A stretch of 63,780 nucleotides of DNA, filler included, from Candidatus Woesearchaeota archaeon (GTDB lineage Archaea; Nanobdellota; Nanobdellia; Woesearchaeales; B72-G16), in NCBI GenBank assembly GCA_003650545.1. It is 6 parts of 6 records of this genome, joined end to end, with 100 filler letters (N's around TTAATTAATTAA, not from the genome) between each part and the next. Parts side by side here need not be neighbours in the genome. Positions count along the whole stretch, not along the records: positions 1 to 14,323 come from QMQO01000034.1; 5 more parts are not named here. One strand, written 5' to 3'. Of the stretch, positions 1 through 11,021 are shown in pieces (positions within the stretch are counted from its first letter, which is position 1; each line of letters starts with the position of its first letter). The notes under the pieces were generated by a model. The model had not been told where the DNA came from and searched no databases. It was given only the letters and a program-made list of their open reading frames with translations. Position numbers and translations under genes: made by a program.

Positions 1-37
1 AAAAAATATATAAATAATTTATTTTTATTTAGATCTA

Positions 38-580
38 ATGGAAAAAGTTAAGCTTTTGGAGCAGTTGTTCGACGAGAAGCTAATTGCAATCATCAATGTT
101 TTTTTACAAGCACCAGAACGAGAGTTTTATTTAAAGGAAATCTCTCAAGCAGCTAAAGTGCCGATGGCGACAACACACAGGATTTTGCAGAAATTGAAAA
201 AAGCTAGTGTTATAAAGGAGCGTAGCATTAGTAAGTTTAAGGTTTACACACTGATGAAAAACGAGAATGCTGATTTTTTATCGACGATAATGAAACATAA
301 ACCAAAAGCAGTTGAAACATTTATACACGAAGTTATAAAAGTAGAGGATGCAATTGATAGGATTATCTTACATGGTGAAGAACGTGCTGATAGAGCTAAT
401 TTGTTATTAATCGGAGAAGATATCGATGGCGGTGTTGTTAAATCTGTTGCTGCTGATATCGAAAGCCAATTTAATTATAGGATAACCTTTATGATACTAA
501 CACAAGAGCAATACGCCCAGATGATTGATATGGGTTTATACTCGGGCAAGAAAAAGATCATATGGGAAAAGAGTAAATAA
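38..580 (+). CDS. winged-helix + degenerate nucleotidyltransferase-domain protein
   Basis: N-terminal wHTH-like segment (FYLKEISQAAKVPMATTHRILQKL); C-terminal MNT-like fold with degenerate motif (IILHG...ANLLLIG). Confidence 0.6.
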   Translation: MEKVKLLEQLFDEKLIAIINVFLQAPEREFYLKEISQAAKVPMATTHRILQKLKKASVIKERSISKFKVYTLMKNENADFLSTIMKHKPKAVETFIHEVIKVEDAIDRIILHGEERADRANLLLIGEDIDGGVVKSVAADIESQFNYRITFMILTQEQYAQMIDMGLYSGKKKIIWEKSK

Positions 581-749
581 AAAATAGATAAAATCAGATA
601 GTTAGGAATAAAATTAGATAATAAATAATCAGATAGATAGTAGGAGGAAGCAGCACTTTATAATCTTCTTAACAAATCTGAATTCATGAATTATAATTCA
701 AAAATAATAGTTAATTATAAAAGCTTGCTATCAACACCTGATGATATAT

Positions 750-921
750 GTCCCTGTAGTATAGCCTGGATACTAGCATTAAGTAGTTTTTGGCTAGCCA
801 AAAAGTACGCGAGGTTGCGGTACAAAGATACTTGTGGCTAAAACCTCGTAACCGGGGTTCAAACAGAAATCGAAAACTTTGCTCTAAAAAATTCGATTTC
901 ATGAAAATCCCCGCAGGGACA
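750..921 (+). tRNA. tRNA-Arg(GCG) with three introns (772-803 D-loop, 821-842 at 37/38, 864-907 at 59/60)
   Basis: Acceptor GTCCCTG/CAGGGAC, anticodon stem CGAGG/CCTCG, T-stem CGGGG/CCCCG. Removing three BHB-bounded inserts gives a canonical 74-nt cloverleaf with loop TT-GCG-GA and T-loop TTCAAAT. Confidence 0.88.
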
Positions 922-1225
922 TTTTCTTATTTATTTCTTATCTATTTCTTATCTTCAATCTGTTTTTTTTAATCTTTGTGAAAGAGTGTGCACTTCTTGT
1001 TTTTTTGGTTTCTTATTTTGATTGCTTTATTTTTGATGCGTCTATATTAGATATTTTTAAGGAGGATAAACTATTCCAGAATTTTTCTATTGGTTTTTTG
1101 TAGGTGGACTGCTTATTTAAATTAAAATTACCATATTCACTACTGATTGATGGTTAATCCAACCAAAGATTTATATATGAGCTCTTTATTAACTCTTAAT
1201 ATTAACTCTTAAGTATAATTAAACA

Positions 1226-2404
1226 ATGGAACTAGAAAACAAACTAATAAAATCCCTTGAAGATCTAGCAAACAATCAAATTAGCATTAGCTCTAATGAT
1301 TTTGACAGCTTAAAACTAAGCAATGATCTAAGCGAATATATTTTAGAAAGACTCAATACCCGCTTAGCTAAAATCTCAGATAGTGAAGAGGCAGACAACA
1401 CAGACCTAAGAGAATACGCATTAGACGAAGTTGTTAATTATTTTAGCTATAACAAAAATGCTATAGATAGAGCAGATAGTAGAGCAGATAGAGCCATGCG
1501 TGTGGAAGACAATCTATTAATTGTAGAATCTACAAATGGTGATGTCAGCTCAACACATTCTCTTGGTCCAGTAGCATCTTCGCTTGTTGCAAAAAAAATA
1601 CTAGAGTCATTAAAAATAGCTAAGAATTATATGCAAGCAATAACGAATAAAAAATTATCTACAATTGATCAATCAACTGGATTTTATAACAAATTTCATT
1701 ATTATGATACTTTAGCTAGGAACATTGCTGTTTGTATTAAAAAGAACACTGATCTAGGCCTTGTAATGTATGATATAGACCATTTTAAACTTTACAACAA
1801 GACATTTGGCCACCAGAAATCAGATACTATAATAAAAGAACTTTCTAAATTAATAAGCGAGAATGTTAAAGCTTCTGATTTTATAGCAAGATTTGGTGGA
1901 GAAGAATTCAATATAATACTTAATCAAGAAAATATTAATGGAGCTAGAAATGTTGCTAGAAGACTAAGAAGAATTACAGAAAACAGAAGTTCTGGTTGGA
2001 TTAAAAGCAAAAAATACAATGGTATAACAATAAGCATAGGATACACTTCTTTAGGAAATACACCAGAGGTTAGGTTAATTTATGATACTAATGAGCTTCC
2101 GTTATTGATTGATTATATTTATGCAAAAGACAACGGCGGAATTATAGAATCAACAAAACAGATAGGTAAACAAAGATTAAGATATTTAATAACAATATAC
2201 GAAGAGGCAATCTCAGCAAAGGTTCAGATTCCTGACTTTAGTTCAGGAAGTGTTGGCGAACTATTTGAGACCAACCAAAGATTTAGGAATTATGTTGCTG
2301 CGTTCTTATTACATTCAAAAGTAAATACTGCAATGAACTATGCTAAGAAGAAAAGAAACTGTATTAGGCAATATTCCAAAAAAATGTCCCTCATAAGAGA
2401 CTAA
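1226..2404 (+). CDS. GGDEF-domain protein (putative diguanylate cyclase)
   Basis: DQSTGFYN, YDIDHFK, ARFGGEEF, ITISIG and AMNYAK..RN motifs; ~90-aa insertion near the domain C-terminus. Confidence 0.85.
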   Translation: MELENKLIKSLEDLANNQISISSNDFDSLKLSNDLSEYILERLNTRLAKISDSEEADNTDLREYALDEVVNYFSYNKNAIDRADSRADRAMRVEDNLLIVESTNGDVSSTHSLGPVASSLVAKKILESLKIAKNYMQAITNKKLSTIDQSTGFYNKFHYYDTLARNIAVCIKKNTDLGLVMYDIDHFKLYNKTFGHQKSDTIIKELSKLISENVKASDFIARFGGEEFNIILNQENINGARNVARRLRRITENRSSGWIKSKKYNGITISIGYTSLGNTPEVRLIYDTNELPLLIDYIYAKDNGGIIESTKQIGKQRLRYLITIYEEAISAKVQIPDFSSGSVGELFETNQRFRNYVAAFLLHSKVNTAMNYAKKKRNCIRQYSKKMSLIRD

Positions 2405-2540
2405 TTTTTTCTAATTTTTTCTGTATGTTCATATCTGTATGTTCATATAGACTCTTTTCGAGAAATGTTTATATATCTCAAAGATATACTTCATTACTAA
2501 GCGATAATTACTGATTATTTTAGATGATTTTGGGGGGGTT

Positions 2541-3023
2541 ATGAAATCTATGCAAACTAGCAGAGATCGCATCACAGGGCTATATACATTGTCTCATGCA
2601 AAAATCACATTAGCAGATAAGTTAAAGGAGTGTGATGAACACATGAATAAGCTTTCTATGTTTTATATAGTTTTTCCGAATGCCAGCATGCTATCAGTTG
2701 ATGCGTTAGGTAAAGCAATTGGAGAATTGGAAAAAAATCACTCAGGACTTTCAATTGATTATGTTGCTTACATAGCAGGTAGTTCTTTTTTCGCGTACTT
2801 TCATCATGTTGGAAATGCTAAAAATATTCCTGCAATGTCTGTTAGATCACGCATAATCGAGGTTATCTCCAGATCAACAGATATGGAATTTGAGGTTATC
2901 GCAACCACAAGACAGCCAATGCAGAATGTTAATAAGCATGATTATGAAGCTGAGTCAGAGAAAATACTTCAATACGATCTTTCTAATAAAATTATTAATT
3001 TGATGAATAAATACTTAAAATAA
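2541..3023 (+). CDS. degenerate GGDEF-like small protein
   Basis: Starts with DRITGLYT (D-x-x-TGL motif); AYIAGSSF where GG(D/E)EF is expected. Confidence 0.4.
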   Translation: MKSMQTSRDRITGLYTLSHAKITLADKLKECDEHMNKLSMFYIVFPNASMLSVDALGKAIGELEKNHSGLSIDYVAYIAGSSFFAYFHHVGNAKNIPAMSVRSRIIEVISRSTDMEFEVIATTRQPMQNVNKHDYEAESEKILQYDLSNKIINLMNKYLK

Positions 3024-3303
3024 TGATTTTTGTACTTGAAATTATTTTTAATTTCACCTAGTAATTTAAGTCTTATTTATTCAATTTGCGCAATTGAATT
3101 TAAATAAATAATAAAAATGAAAATTAAAAAACTTTAAAAAAATCCAAAAAAAGTTTAAAATTTACTTTAAATTGAAAAATTTTACTTTAAAAAAGAAATT
3201 TTTAATCAAAATTTACTTTAAATTTTAAAAATGACTTTTCTGTCCCATAAATAAAAAATCAAACATAATATTCTTTTTAAGTTTTTAAAAATAAAAATTT
3301 AAA

Positions 3304-4215
3304 ATGATATATTCGCCAAAACAAGGAATAGAAGCTAAACTTGAACCACCTAGCTTTTACAACAATCCAAGATTTCATGCAATCAATCCAACAGTTAGTT
3401 ACTCTATAGCGCTACATAAGCACATCTTTAGCACGCCTTCATACAGTATAATAGATAAGGAGACATATACAATAGACTTAGATAGCTTAGAAAGTAAGAT
3501 AGATACAATCAAAGGGGGTTATAGTTCAGACCAATATGGTTCGAACCAATCAAATGATTATTCTAAAATCTATGAAAAGCTGATGAACAAAACAAAAAAA
3601 ACCCCTATGTTCCAACCTAAGCTTTTCCTAAAGCCGATTCGCAACAAGACTCCTTTTATTGGCAAAACTAAAGATATTCAGCATTATATCCTAGCAGCTT
3701 TTAAATATACAACAGGCTTAGACTTCCCAGATGATATTGATATCACGATCTGTGATGCATCTACCATGCAAAAGCTACATGATTGTCCTGGAATACTTGG
3801 CTTTTGTATAAACAGAAAGGGTTTTGGAATTAGTGATATCTTTGTGTTGGAAAATAATCTGGACATTCTTCTTTTAACAATAGGTCATGAGATTGGCCAT
3901 GCTCTTACATCACCTAGAAAATCGAAACAAGATGAAGAAGCCAAAGCCTTTGCTTTCTCATTAGCTTGGATTAATGCAATTAAAAAATACAATCTTGCTA
4001 ATCTTGGCCAGAATATCGAATTTGAGCCAGCAAAAAATAAACTTCATGATGTTGCTTTTAGATTTGTTATGGAGACAGTTGCACAAAAAATAGACCCTAT
4101 GTTTTTATTCACAAACCTGGCAAATGGTAATGTTAGCATTAACAAAGCATTGGAGAATAATGAGTTTGAGTTCCTTAGAAGCAGAGATGTAATCAAAGTG
4201 AAGAATTTTTATTAA
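3304..4215 (+). CDS. putative zinc metallopeptidase (HExxH)
   Basis: TIGHEIGH followed by EEAKAFAF. Confidence 0.55.
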   Translation: MIYSPKQGIEAKLEPPSFYNNPRFHAINPTVSYSIALHKHIFSTPSYSIIDKETYTIDLDSLESKIDTIKGGYSSDQYGSNQSNDYSKIYEKLMNKTKKTPMFQPKLFLKPIRNKTPFIGKTKDIQHYILAAFKYTTGLDFPDDIDITICDASTMQKLHDCPGILGFCINRKGFGISDIFVLENNLDILLLTIGHEIGHALTSPRKSKQDEEAKAFAFSLAWINAIKKYNLANLGQNIEFEPAKNKLHDVAFRFVMETVAQKIDPMFLFTNLANGNVSINKALENNEFEFLRSRDVIKVKNFY

Positions 4216-4292
4216 GCACAATTTTCTTACCAAAACATTTATATATTTCCTATTTATTCTAACTAAACAGCGTTGATTTTAAATCAACGAGG

Positions 4293-4889
4293 GTGGTTGT
4301 TATGAAGAGTGAGGATAAAAAGAAAGACATAGAAGACATAGAAGATCAACCAAAAAAAGATCATCCAAAAAAAGAAAACAACAAAAAGTCTGAAGTAGAA
4401 GAACTTAAAGATGCGCTTAAACGTATTCAGGCTGAGTTCGATAACTACAAAAAGCGTACTCTAAAAGAAGCAGAAGAACGCGAAAAGCTCGCATCTAAAA
4501 AAATAATCACAAAGCTACTGCCTATATTAGATAATTTTGAGCTTGCCTTAAAAAACAAAGCTACTGATGATCAATTTTGCAAGGGTATGGAGTTGATCTA
4601 CTCAGAATTATATTCTCTACTTGAAGCAGAAGGCCTAAAGCCTATAAAAACAGAAGGTAAGTTCGATCCTTACTATCACGAAGCCCTTTTATCAGAAGAA
4701 TCAGACAAGGAAGAAGGTACAAATCTAGAAGAATTACAGAGAGGTTATATGTTAAATGATGAAGTGATTCGCGTTGCAAAAGTCAAAGTTGCAAAAAAGA
4801 AGAAAAAAATAATGGAAAAAGAAGAAAGTGAAAGAGAAGAAAATGAAACTAAGAAAAGTAACAGAAGAAATGAAAGAGGGTATGAATGA
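4293..4889 (+). CDS. grpE: nucleotide exchange factor GrpE (start may be ATG at 4302)
   Basis: QAEFDNYKKR, LLPILDNFELA, FDPYYHEA, LQRGYMLNDEVIRVAKVKV; upstream of dnaK. Confidence 0.95.
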   Translation: MVVMKSEDKKKDIEDIEDQPKKDHPKKENNKKSEVEELKDALKRIQAEFDNYKKRTLKEAEEREKLASKKIITKLLPILDNFELALKNKATDDQFCKGMELIYSELYSLLEAEGLKPIKTEGKFDPYYHEALLSEESDKEEGTNLEELQRGYMLNDEVIRVAKVKVAKKKKKIMEKEESEREENETKKSNRRNERGYE

Positions 4890-5427
4890 TTTTCATGACT
4901 ATATCAATATATCAATACACACTCCACTTGAAACCATAAAAAAGCTCAGCGAGAATTGTAAGAAATGCGGTCATTGCTGCAGCTATGGTTCTGGTTTAAT
5001 GTTAAAAGACGACATCAAAAAACTCGCTTCATTCCTGAAAATCAGTGAAGATAAATTAAAGAAAAAATATCTCGAACCTGTCACAAGGTTTGGTGTAAGT
5101 CTGTTTAGACCAAAGTTGATAAAAACAAAAGACAAAGAGCATCTACCATATGGAAGGTGTATCTTCCTAACAGAAAATAAAGAATGTAAAATTCAAAAAG
5201 CAAAACCATTGCAATGCAAACTGACAACATGCAATAAGCATGGTACAGACATTGGTGTTTGGTTTAACTTGAATTATCTAATTGATCCAAAAAATCCAGA
5301 AACCATACGGCAATGGGACCTCTACCTTAAATCTGGTGGGAGGAATATTCCTGGCGGAAAACTTAACGAACTTATCCCTGATGAGAAGAGGCTGGAGAAG
5401 ATACTAAATTATAATATAATTAGATAA
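4828..5427 (+). CDS. YkgJ/FliB-like Cys-cluster (Fe-S or Zn) protein
   Basis: CKKCGHCC...CIFL...CKI...KPLQC pattern. Confidence 0.8.
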   Translation: MKEKKMKLRKVTEEMKEGMNDFHDYINISIHTPLETIKKLSENCKKCGHCCSYGSGLMLKDDIKKLASFLKISEDKLKKKYLEPVTRFGVSLFRPKLIKTKDKEHLPYGRCIFLTENKECKIQKAKPLQCKLTTCNKHGTDIGVWFNLNYLIDPKNPETIRQWDLYLKSGGRNIPGGKLNELIPDEKRLEKILNYNIIR

Positions 5428-5476
5428 AAATAATATAATAAGATAAAATAAAAATTAAAAATGGAGGTAAAATAAA

Positions 5477-7333
5477 ATGTCAAAGGTAATCGGAATCGAT
5501 CTTGGAACAACATTTTCAGCTGTAGCTGTAATGGAGGGTGGAAAAGCTACAATAATCCCAAATGCAGAAGGTGCTAGAACTACACCGAGTGTAGTCACAA
5601 TTAAGGATGGTGAGCGTATTGTTGGAGAAGTAGCAAGGAGACAAGCTATCACGAACCCTGAGCATACAGTACGCTCTATAAAACGTTATATGGGTTCTGC
5701 CCATAAAGTAACAATCGAAGGTAAGGAATATACACCACAGGAGATCTCTGCAATGATTCTGCAAAAATTAAAGAGAGATGCAGAAGCTTATCTTGGTCAG
5801 AAGATAACAAAAGCAGTAATAACTGTTCCAGCATATTTTGAAGATGCTCAAAGACAGGCAACTAAGGATGCAGGCAAAATCGCTGGTTTAGAAGTTCTAA
5901 GGATAATTAATGAACCAACAGCTGCGTCATTAGCATATGGTTTAGATAAAAGCAATGCGCACACAATCCTAGTTTTTGATTTTGGCGGAGGCACGTTTGA
6001 TGTGTCAATACTTGAACTAGGAGAGGGTGTTTTTGAAGTAAAGGCAACATCTGGAGACAATAAATTAGGTGGAGATGATATAGATGAAATCATAATAGAC
6101 CACTTGGCAAATAAATTCAAGAAAGAAAATAAAATTGACCTAAGAGAAGACAAAATTGCACTTCAACGTTTAAAGGAAGCTGCAGAAAAGGCTAAAATAG
6201 AACTCTCAACAGCACAGAAAACAACAATCAACTTACCATTTATAACAGCAGATCAAAATGGACCAAAGCATCTCAACTACGAGCTCACCAGAGCAGAATT
6301 TGAAAAATTAATAGACCCGATATTGGATAAGCTTAAAGGGCCTACAAAGCAAGCAATCAAGGATGCTAAATTAGATACGAAGGACATTGACAAAATAATC
6401 TTTGTCGGTGGTTCAACAAGGATTCCTATAGTACAGAAATTAGTCAAAGAAATAACAGGCAAAGAAGGCGATAAAAGTGTTAATCCTGATGAAGCAGTTG
6501 CATTAGGCGCAGCAATTCAGGCAGGAATTCTTGGAGGAGAAGTAAAAGATGTTCTATTGCTAGATGTAACACCACTTAGTCTAGGTATCGAGACATTGGG
6601 TGGAGTTGCAACAAAGCTGATTGAACGTAACACTACAATCCCAACCAAAACAAGCCAAATATTTTCCACGGCGGCTGATAACCAAACTGCTGTTTCGATA
6701 CACGTATTACAAGGAGAACGTCCAATGGCAGCAGATAACAAAACCCTTGGCCGTTTTGATCTAGTTGGTATACCTCCTGCGCCACGTGGCGTTCCGCAAA
6801 TAGAAGTAACATTTGACATTGATGCTAATGGGATAGTCAATGTTAGCGCAAAAGATCTAGGAACAGGAAAACAGCAAGCCATAACAATTACAGCAACAAC
6901 TAATCTCTCGGAAGAAGATATTGAAAGAATGCGCAAAGATGCAGAAAAATATGCAGAAGAAGATCGTAAGAAAAAAGAAGAAGTAGAAACTCTTAATCAG
7001 GCAGATGCGCTGATTTACACAACCGAGAAAACTATGAAAGACATGGAAGGCAAGGTGGATGAAGCTAAATTAAAACCAATAAAGGATGGTATTGAAGAGC
7101 TAAAAAAGCTAATGGCTGAAGAAAAGAAAGATGTCAAGAAGATAAAAGCCAAAATAGATAATATCAACAAGGTTGCGATGGAAGCAGCAACTGAATTATA
7201 TCAAAAAGCCCAGCAAGCACAAGCATCACAGCAGCAAACGAAAGAAGCAGAAAAGAAAGAAGGGAAAGAAAAAGTTGTTGATGCAGAAGTTGTTGATGAA
7301 GAAGAGAAAAAAGAAAAAAAAGAAAAGAAATAA
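5477..7333 (+). CDS. dnaK: molecular chaperone DnaK (Hsp70)
   Basis: [44 protein letters not shown]. Confidence 0.99.
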   Translation: MSKVIGIDLGTTFSAVAVMEGGKATIIPNAEGARTTPSVVTIKDGERIVGEVARRQAITNPEHTVRSIKRYMGSAHKVTIEGKEYTPQEISAMILQKLKRDAEAYLGQKITKAVITVPAYFEDAQRQATKDAGKIAGLEVLRIINEPTAASLAYGLDKSNAHTILVFDFGGGTFDVSILELGEGVFEVKATSGDNKLGGDDIDEIIIDHLANKFKKENKIDLREDKIALQRLKEAAEKAKIELSTAQKTTINLPFITADQNGPKHLNYELTRAEFEKLIDPILDKLKGPTKQAIKDAKLDTKDIDKIIFVGGSTRIPIVQKLVKEITGKEGDKSVNPDEAVALGAAIQAGILGGEVKDVLLLDVTPLSLGIETLGGVATKLIERNTTIPTKTSQIFSTAADNQTAVSIHVLQGERPMAADNKTLGRFDLVGIPPAPRGVPQIEVTFDIDANGIVNVSAKDLGTGKQQAITITATTNLSEEDIERMRKDAEKYAEEDRKKKEEVETLNQADALIYTTEKTMKDMEGKVDEAKLKPIKDGIEELKKLMAEEKKDVKKIKAKIDNINKVAMEAATELYQKAQQAQASQQQTKEAEKKEGKEKVVDAEVVDEEEKKEKKEKK

Positions 7334-7442
7334 TTTATTTTTCATTTTTTTAATTTTAAGTCTTCCAACAAAAAAGAATTATGGATTCGCTTAAAGAGTA
7401 AAATTTTTCAATATTTAATAACATTAGATAAAGCAGAATAAA

Positions 7443-8564
7443 ATGACAAAAGACTATTACAAAATACTAGGAGTTGATAAGAACGCAAGCAAAGACGAAA
7501 TAAAAAAAGCTTATAAACGTCTAGCAAAAAAATACCATCCTGACTTAAATAAAGATCCTGGCGCTGCTGACAAATTCAAAGAGATAAACGAAGCTGCAGC
7601 AGTTTTAAGCGATGATAAAAAGAGACAACAATACGACCAATTTGGTGATGCAGATACATATAAGCGAGCATCTGGTTTTGATTTCTCAGGTTTTGACTTT
7701 GGAGGTTTTGATTTTAGAAACTTTGGTTTTGATTTTGATGAAATTTTTGATACGTTTTTCGGAGGAGGTAGAAGAGCTAGACATGGCCCAAGTCGCGGTG
7801 CAGACTTGGTCACCAAAGTCACAATCACATTAGAGGAAGCTGCTGTTGGAGTTAAGAAGACAATTTCTATTCCCCGTTTAGAAACATGCGATAGCTGCCA
7901 CGGTAGTGGTGCTGAAAAAGCATCAGATATAGTCACTTGTAATCAATGCAATGGTACAGGTGTGATAAGGAGGACACAACGCACACCATTTGGCATATTT
8001 TCAACTCAGACTACATGTAATAAATGTTATGGTGAAGGTAAGGTCACAGAGCATCTTTGTGATGTTTGTGATGGGACTGGTCGCGTGAAAAAAACTAGCA
8101 AAGTAGAGCTTAAGATTCCAGCAGGTGTTGATACAGGAACAAAGCTACGTATTAGAGGAGAAGGTGAAGCTGGCCAAAAAGGTGGTCCTAGAGGTGATCT
8201 TATAGTAATAACCGAGATTCAGCCACACAAAATCTTCGAACGTCATGGTAATGATATCTACGTTGAGGTTCCAATCTCATTCGTGCAAGCTTGCCTTGGA
8301 GATGAAATAGAAGTACCTACACTAAAAGGAAAAACTAAGCTAAAGATCCCTAAAGGAACACAGACAAACACAATTTTCCGTTTAAAAGGAAAAGGTATTC
8401 CGAACTTGCACAGTTTCGGCTCTGGTTCAGAACTTATCAAAATAATTGTAGTAACACCTGAAAAATTAACTAAAAAACAAGTAAAACTCTTGAAAGATTT
8501 TGAAAAAGAAAGTGGCGAAAAGCCAAGCAAAAAATTCATTAAAAGCCTGTTAAGAAAGAAATAG
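7443..8564 (+). CDS. dnaJ: chaperone DnaJ
   Basis: J-domain HPD, G/F-rich region, four CxxCxGxG repeats. Confidence 0.98.
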   Translation: MTKDYYKILGVDKNASKDEIKKAYKRLAKKYHPDLNKDPGAADKFKEINEAAAVLSDDKKRQQYDQFGDADTYKRASGFDFSGFDFGGFDFRNFGFDFDEIFDTFFGGGRRARHGPSRGADLVTKVTITLEEAAVGVKKTISIPRLETCDSCHGSGAEKASDIVTCNQCNGTGVIRRTQRTPFGIFSTQTTCNKCYGEGKVTEHLCDVCDGTGRVKKTSKVELKIPAGVDTGTKLRIRGEGEAGQKGGPRGDLIVITEIQPHKIFERHGNDIYVEVPISFVQACLGDEIEVPTLKGKTKLKIPKGTQTNTIFRLKGKGIPNLHSFGSGSELIKIIVVTPEKLTKKQVKLLKDFEKESGEKPSKKFIKSLLRKK

Positions 8565-8714
8565 TTTAAAGAGAGAAACCTTGCTAAAAATCTAAAAACT
8601 ACCTCAGGCTTAGGCAGAATTATAAAATTGAAATAAAAAGAAAGTACGCGATGTAGGCAAGCACATTTGATTCAGTTTCATTAAACTATATGATTCATAA
8701 TAATCTGACTGAGC

Positions 8715-9214
8715 TCAAAAGTCTTTTTGCAGAAGACTCTGTATTTTACTTTTTAGTTCATTTGCAAATTTCTCAAAATCTTCTGTCCATTTGGCATCTT
8801 CATCTTTTGGATAAACTCTAACATCTAAATCCTGCTTTTTAATATCGATATAAATGTAAACTTGTAAATCTTTTTCTCCAGAAGCACTTATTGATTTTGG
8901 GCCGAAAGTGATATCTTTTAAACCCAATTGTTCAAAATCTTTTTTCTTTTTTAGTATTTTTTGTTCAAGATTTGTATACCTTTCCCAGATCTCATTAAAC
9001 TTAGAGATTTTTATTTTATATCTATCTGCTAATCCTTTAATTGTTGATAGATCATGTTTCCAATAAAAATCTTTTTTTTTTCTCTTAGTGATTGAATAAT
9101 TTGGGCATCTGTTATATCTTGCACTCTTGGTTTTATTTCTTCAACTATTCTAAGTGCTTCTTTTCTCATTTCTTCATACAAATTTCCAAACTCTAAAAGT
9201 TTATCTTTTATCAT
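8715..9214 (-). pseudogene. hypothetical protein (~165 aa) split by a frameshift at a T10 run (9072-9081)
   Basis: ORF 9029-9214 continues in a shifted open frame (DFYWKHDLSTIKGLADRYKIKISKF...) into ORF 8715-8927. Confidence 0.6.
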
Positions 9215-10023
9215 ATTGTTAGAATGTTTGAGAATGTTTGAACTTTATAATTCTATCGCTAGTCTGTTTACTCTAGATTTTCTCTGAGGAACATTGAATT
9301 GAAATCTTGTTTTTTTTTCATTAGAAAAAAACTAACAGCTTGGCGTGTTCAATGAGATTTGCCTTCTCTAAATATAACAAAAAATATAATAAAAACCAAA
9401 GCACTTCTTATATGCTTCGTTCTTATATATTACATACTTCTTATATGTAAGATAAGTTACAAAAAGAATTTTAAAGATACTTTGTTGGTTAAAGGATTGA
9501 TTGCTTTATCTTTCTATATATTACTTTTTATTACTTTTCTTTCTATAATTTATCTTTCTATATTATCTTTTATATATTATCTTTCTTTATATTCTTTATA
9601 ATACAACAAAGTGTATAATACAACCAACAAAGCTATTTCTATGTACACCTACCCAACAGCATCTGGGTTCATTTTCACTTCTTAATTGCTTCTGGAAATA
9701 TATGGAAATAAACAAATATTTCTTTTAAATAGAAATCTTACTATCATCAAAATTACTTAACAAGTGATTACTTAATACATTGCTGAACTACAATCTCAAT
9801 ATACTCTCAATATACAAACTTCAATATACTAATAGTAATATTAATCTCTTAATATCTAATAATATTAATTTGTGCACTATAGAATCTCGATTAAAATATT
9901 GCGATTGGACTATAGAAATATTTAAATACTAACACTTTAATTACCATTGTATAATGGTTGTAAGAATATAACAGAATATAATGATTGTAAAGAACCATTA
10001 AAGAAGGTTGTTAGAACTTCAAA

Positions 10024-10917
10024 GTGTTTATGGGGGTTGTCATGTTAAAAAATAAAACTAAACGAATACTTGCTATTGGTACAATTCTCTTGGGTTTTAC
10101 TAGCGTATTTGGCTGTGGAAATGGTGGTGGTGCTGTGACTCAGCAGGTTAGAACATACACAGATGAACAACAAGCACGCAACATATACGAAAATGATGTA
10201 AATGGTGGGATTGGTAGGTGGTCAGAGGTTCATGTTCTCGGGCATGGTGATGATATAAATAACGCAACAAATGGGTTGCTAAGACTAGCTAGCCAAAACA
10301 ATGGCGAACTTAGAACAGAAATTGCAAACATTCTTGTTCCAACAAATAATTCATATAGCGATTCATACAGAGCTGATGTGGTTACAAACTGGACATACTG
10401 GACAAATGGAACATTTAACCCGCCTCAAGACATCATAGAAATTAGAGGTGTTGCTTGTCCTGGACAAACAACATCGAATGCAAAATATGTTGCACTCTCT
10501 TTTACAAACAGCTCAAATAGTGCTGTGTTATCGTGGGTGATGAACAGTTGCAATGGACCCAATCAAACAACGAAATTATATTATGATGCTGCTGAAGCTG
10601 GTGCGTCTCAGCCTGATTTGCAGCCTCTCACAACTTCTCAGTATCATGAACTTTTATGGGCACTCTCAAATAAAGCAGCAGACGTAATCCCTAATATCTA
10701 TGCAGGGACTGAACCTGAAATTATAGGTAAATTTTTCAAAAAAAGCTCAGAGCTATCTAATCTAATACATTCTGCTGCAAGAACAATTGATGATTCTTTA
10801 GTTCCTTTACCAAACATTGAAGTTTGTAATGGACGCGATGATACAGGTGACGGCTTGGTGGACTATGTAATAAACAAAGCCGGTAAATTGGAAAACCTCT
10901 GTCACAATGAATACTGA
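10024..10917 (+). CDS. putative lipoprotein with C-terminal EVCNGRDD acidic/Cys motif
   Basis: Basic N-terminus, hydrophobic stretch, lipobox-like SVFG-C; EVCNGRDDTGDGLVD near the C-terminus. Confidence 0.6.
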   Translation: MFMGVVMLKNKTKRILAIGTILLGFTSVFGCGNGGGAVTQQVRTYTDEQQARNIYENDVNGGIGRWSEVHVLGHGDDINNATNGLLRLASQNNGELRTEIANILVPTNNSYSDSYRADVVTNWTYWTNGTFNPPQDIIEIRGVACPGQTTSNAKYVALSFTNSSNSAVLSWVMNSCNGPNQTTKLYYDAAEAGASQPDLQPLTTSQYHELLWALSNKAADVIPNIYAGTEPEIIGKFFKKSSELSNLIHSAARTIDDSLVPLPNIEVCNGRDDTGDGLVDYVINKAGKLENLCHNEY

Positions 10918-11021
10918 ATTAGTATTATAAATAAGTAGTATGATATAAAGTAAATCACAGATAACCAAAATACATATAAATAAGTCAAATTCAATAATAT
11001 TACTGGGGGAGTTCATAAATC

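Noticed and set aside
711..972. Two short ORFs (63 and 60 aa)
   Set aside because: They overlap the intron-containing tRNA-Arg and have no protein features
5455..8539. Antisense and alternate-frame ORFs over dnaK/dnaJ (and similar ones over lig, lhr, rfcS)
   Set aside because: Shadow ORFs of conserved genes
8641..8651. 11-nt match AAAGTACGCGA to the tRNA-Arg region
   Set aside because: Too short and not at the tRNA 3' end; consistent with chance
9359..9601. 80-aa hydrophobic ORF
   Set aside because: Low-complexity AT-rich sequence with a TTG start and no RBS; cannot be supported as a gene
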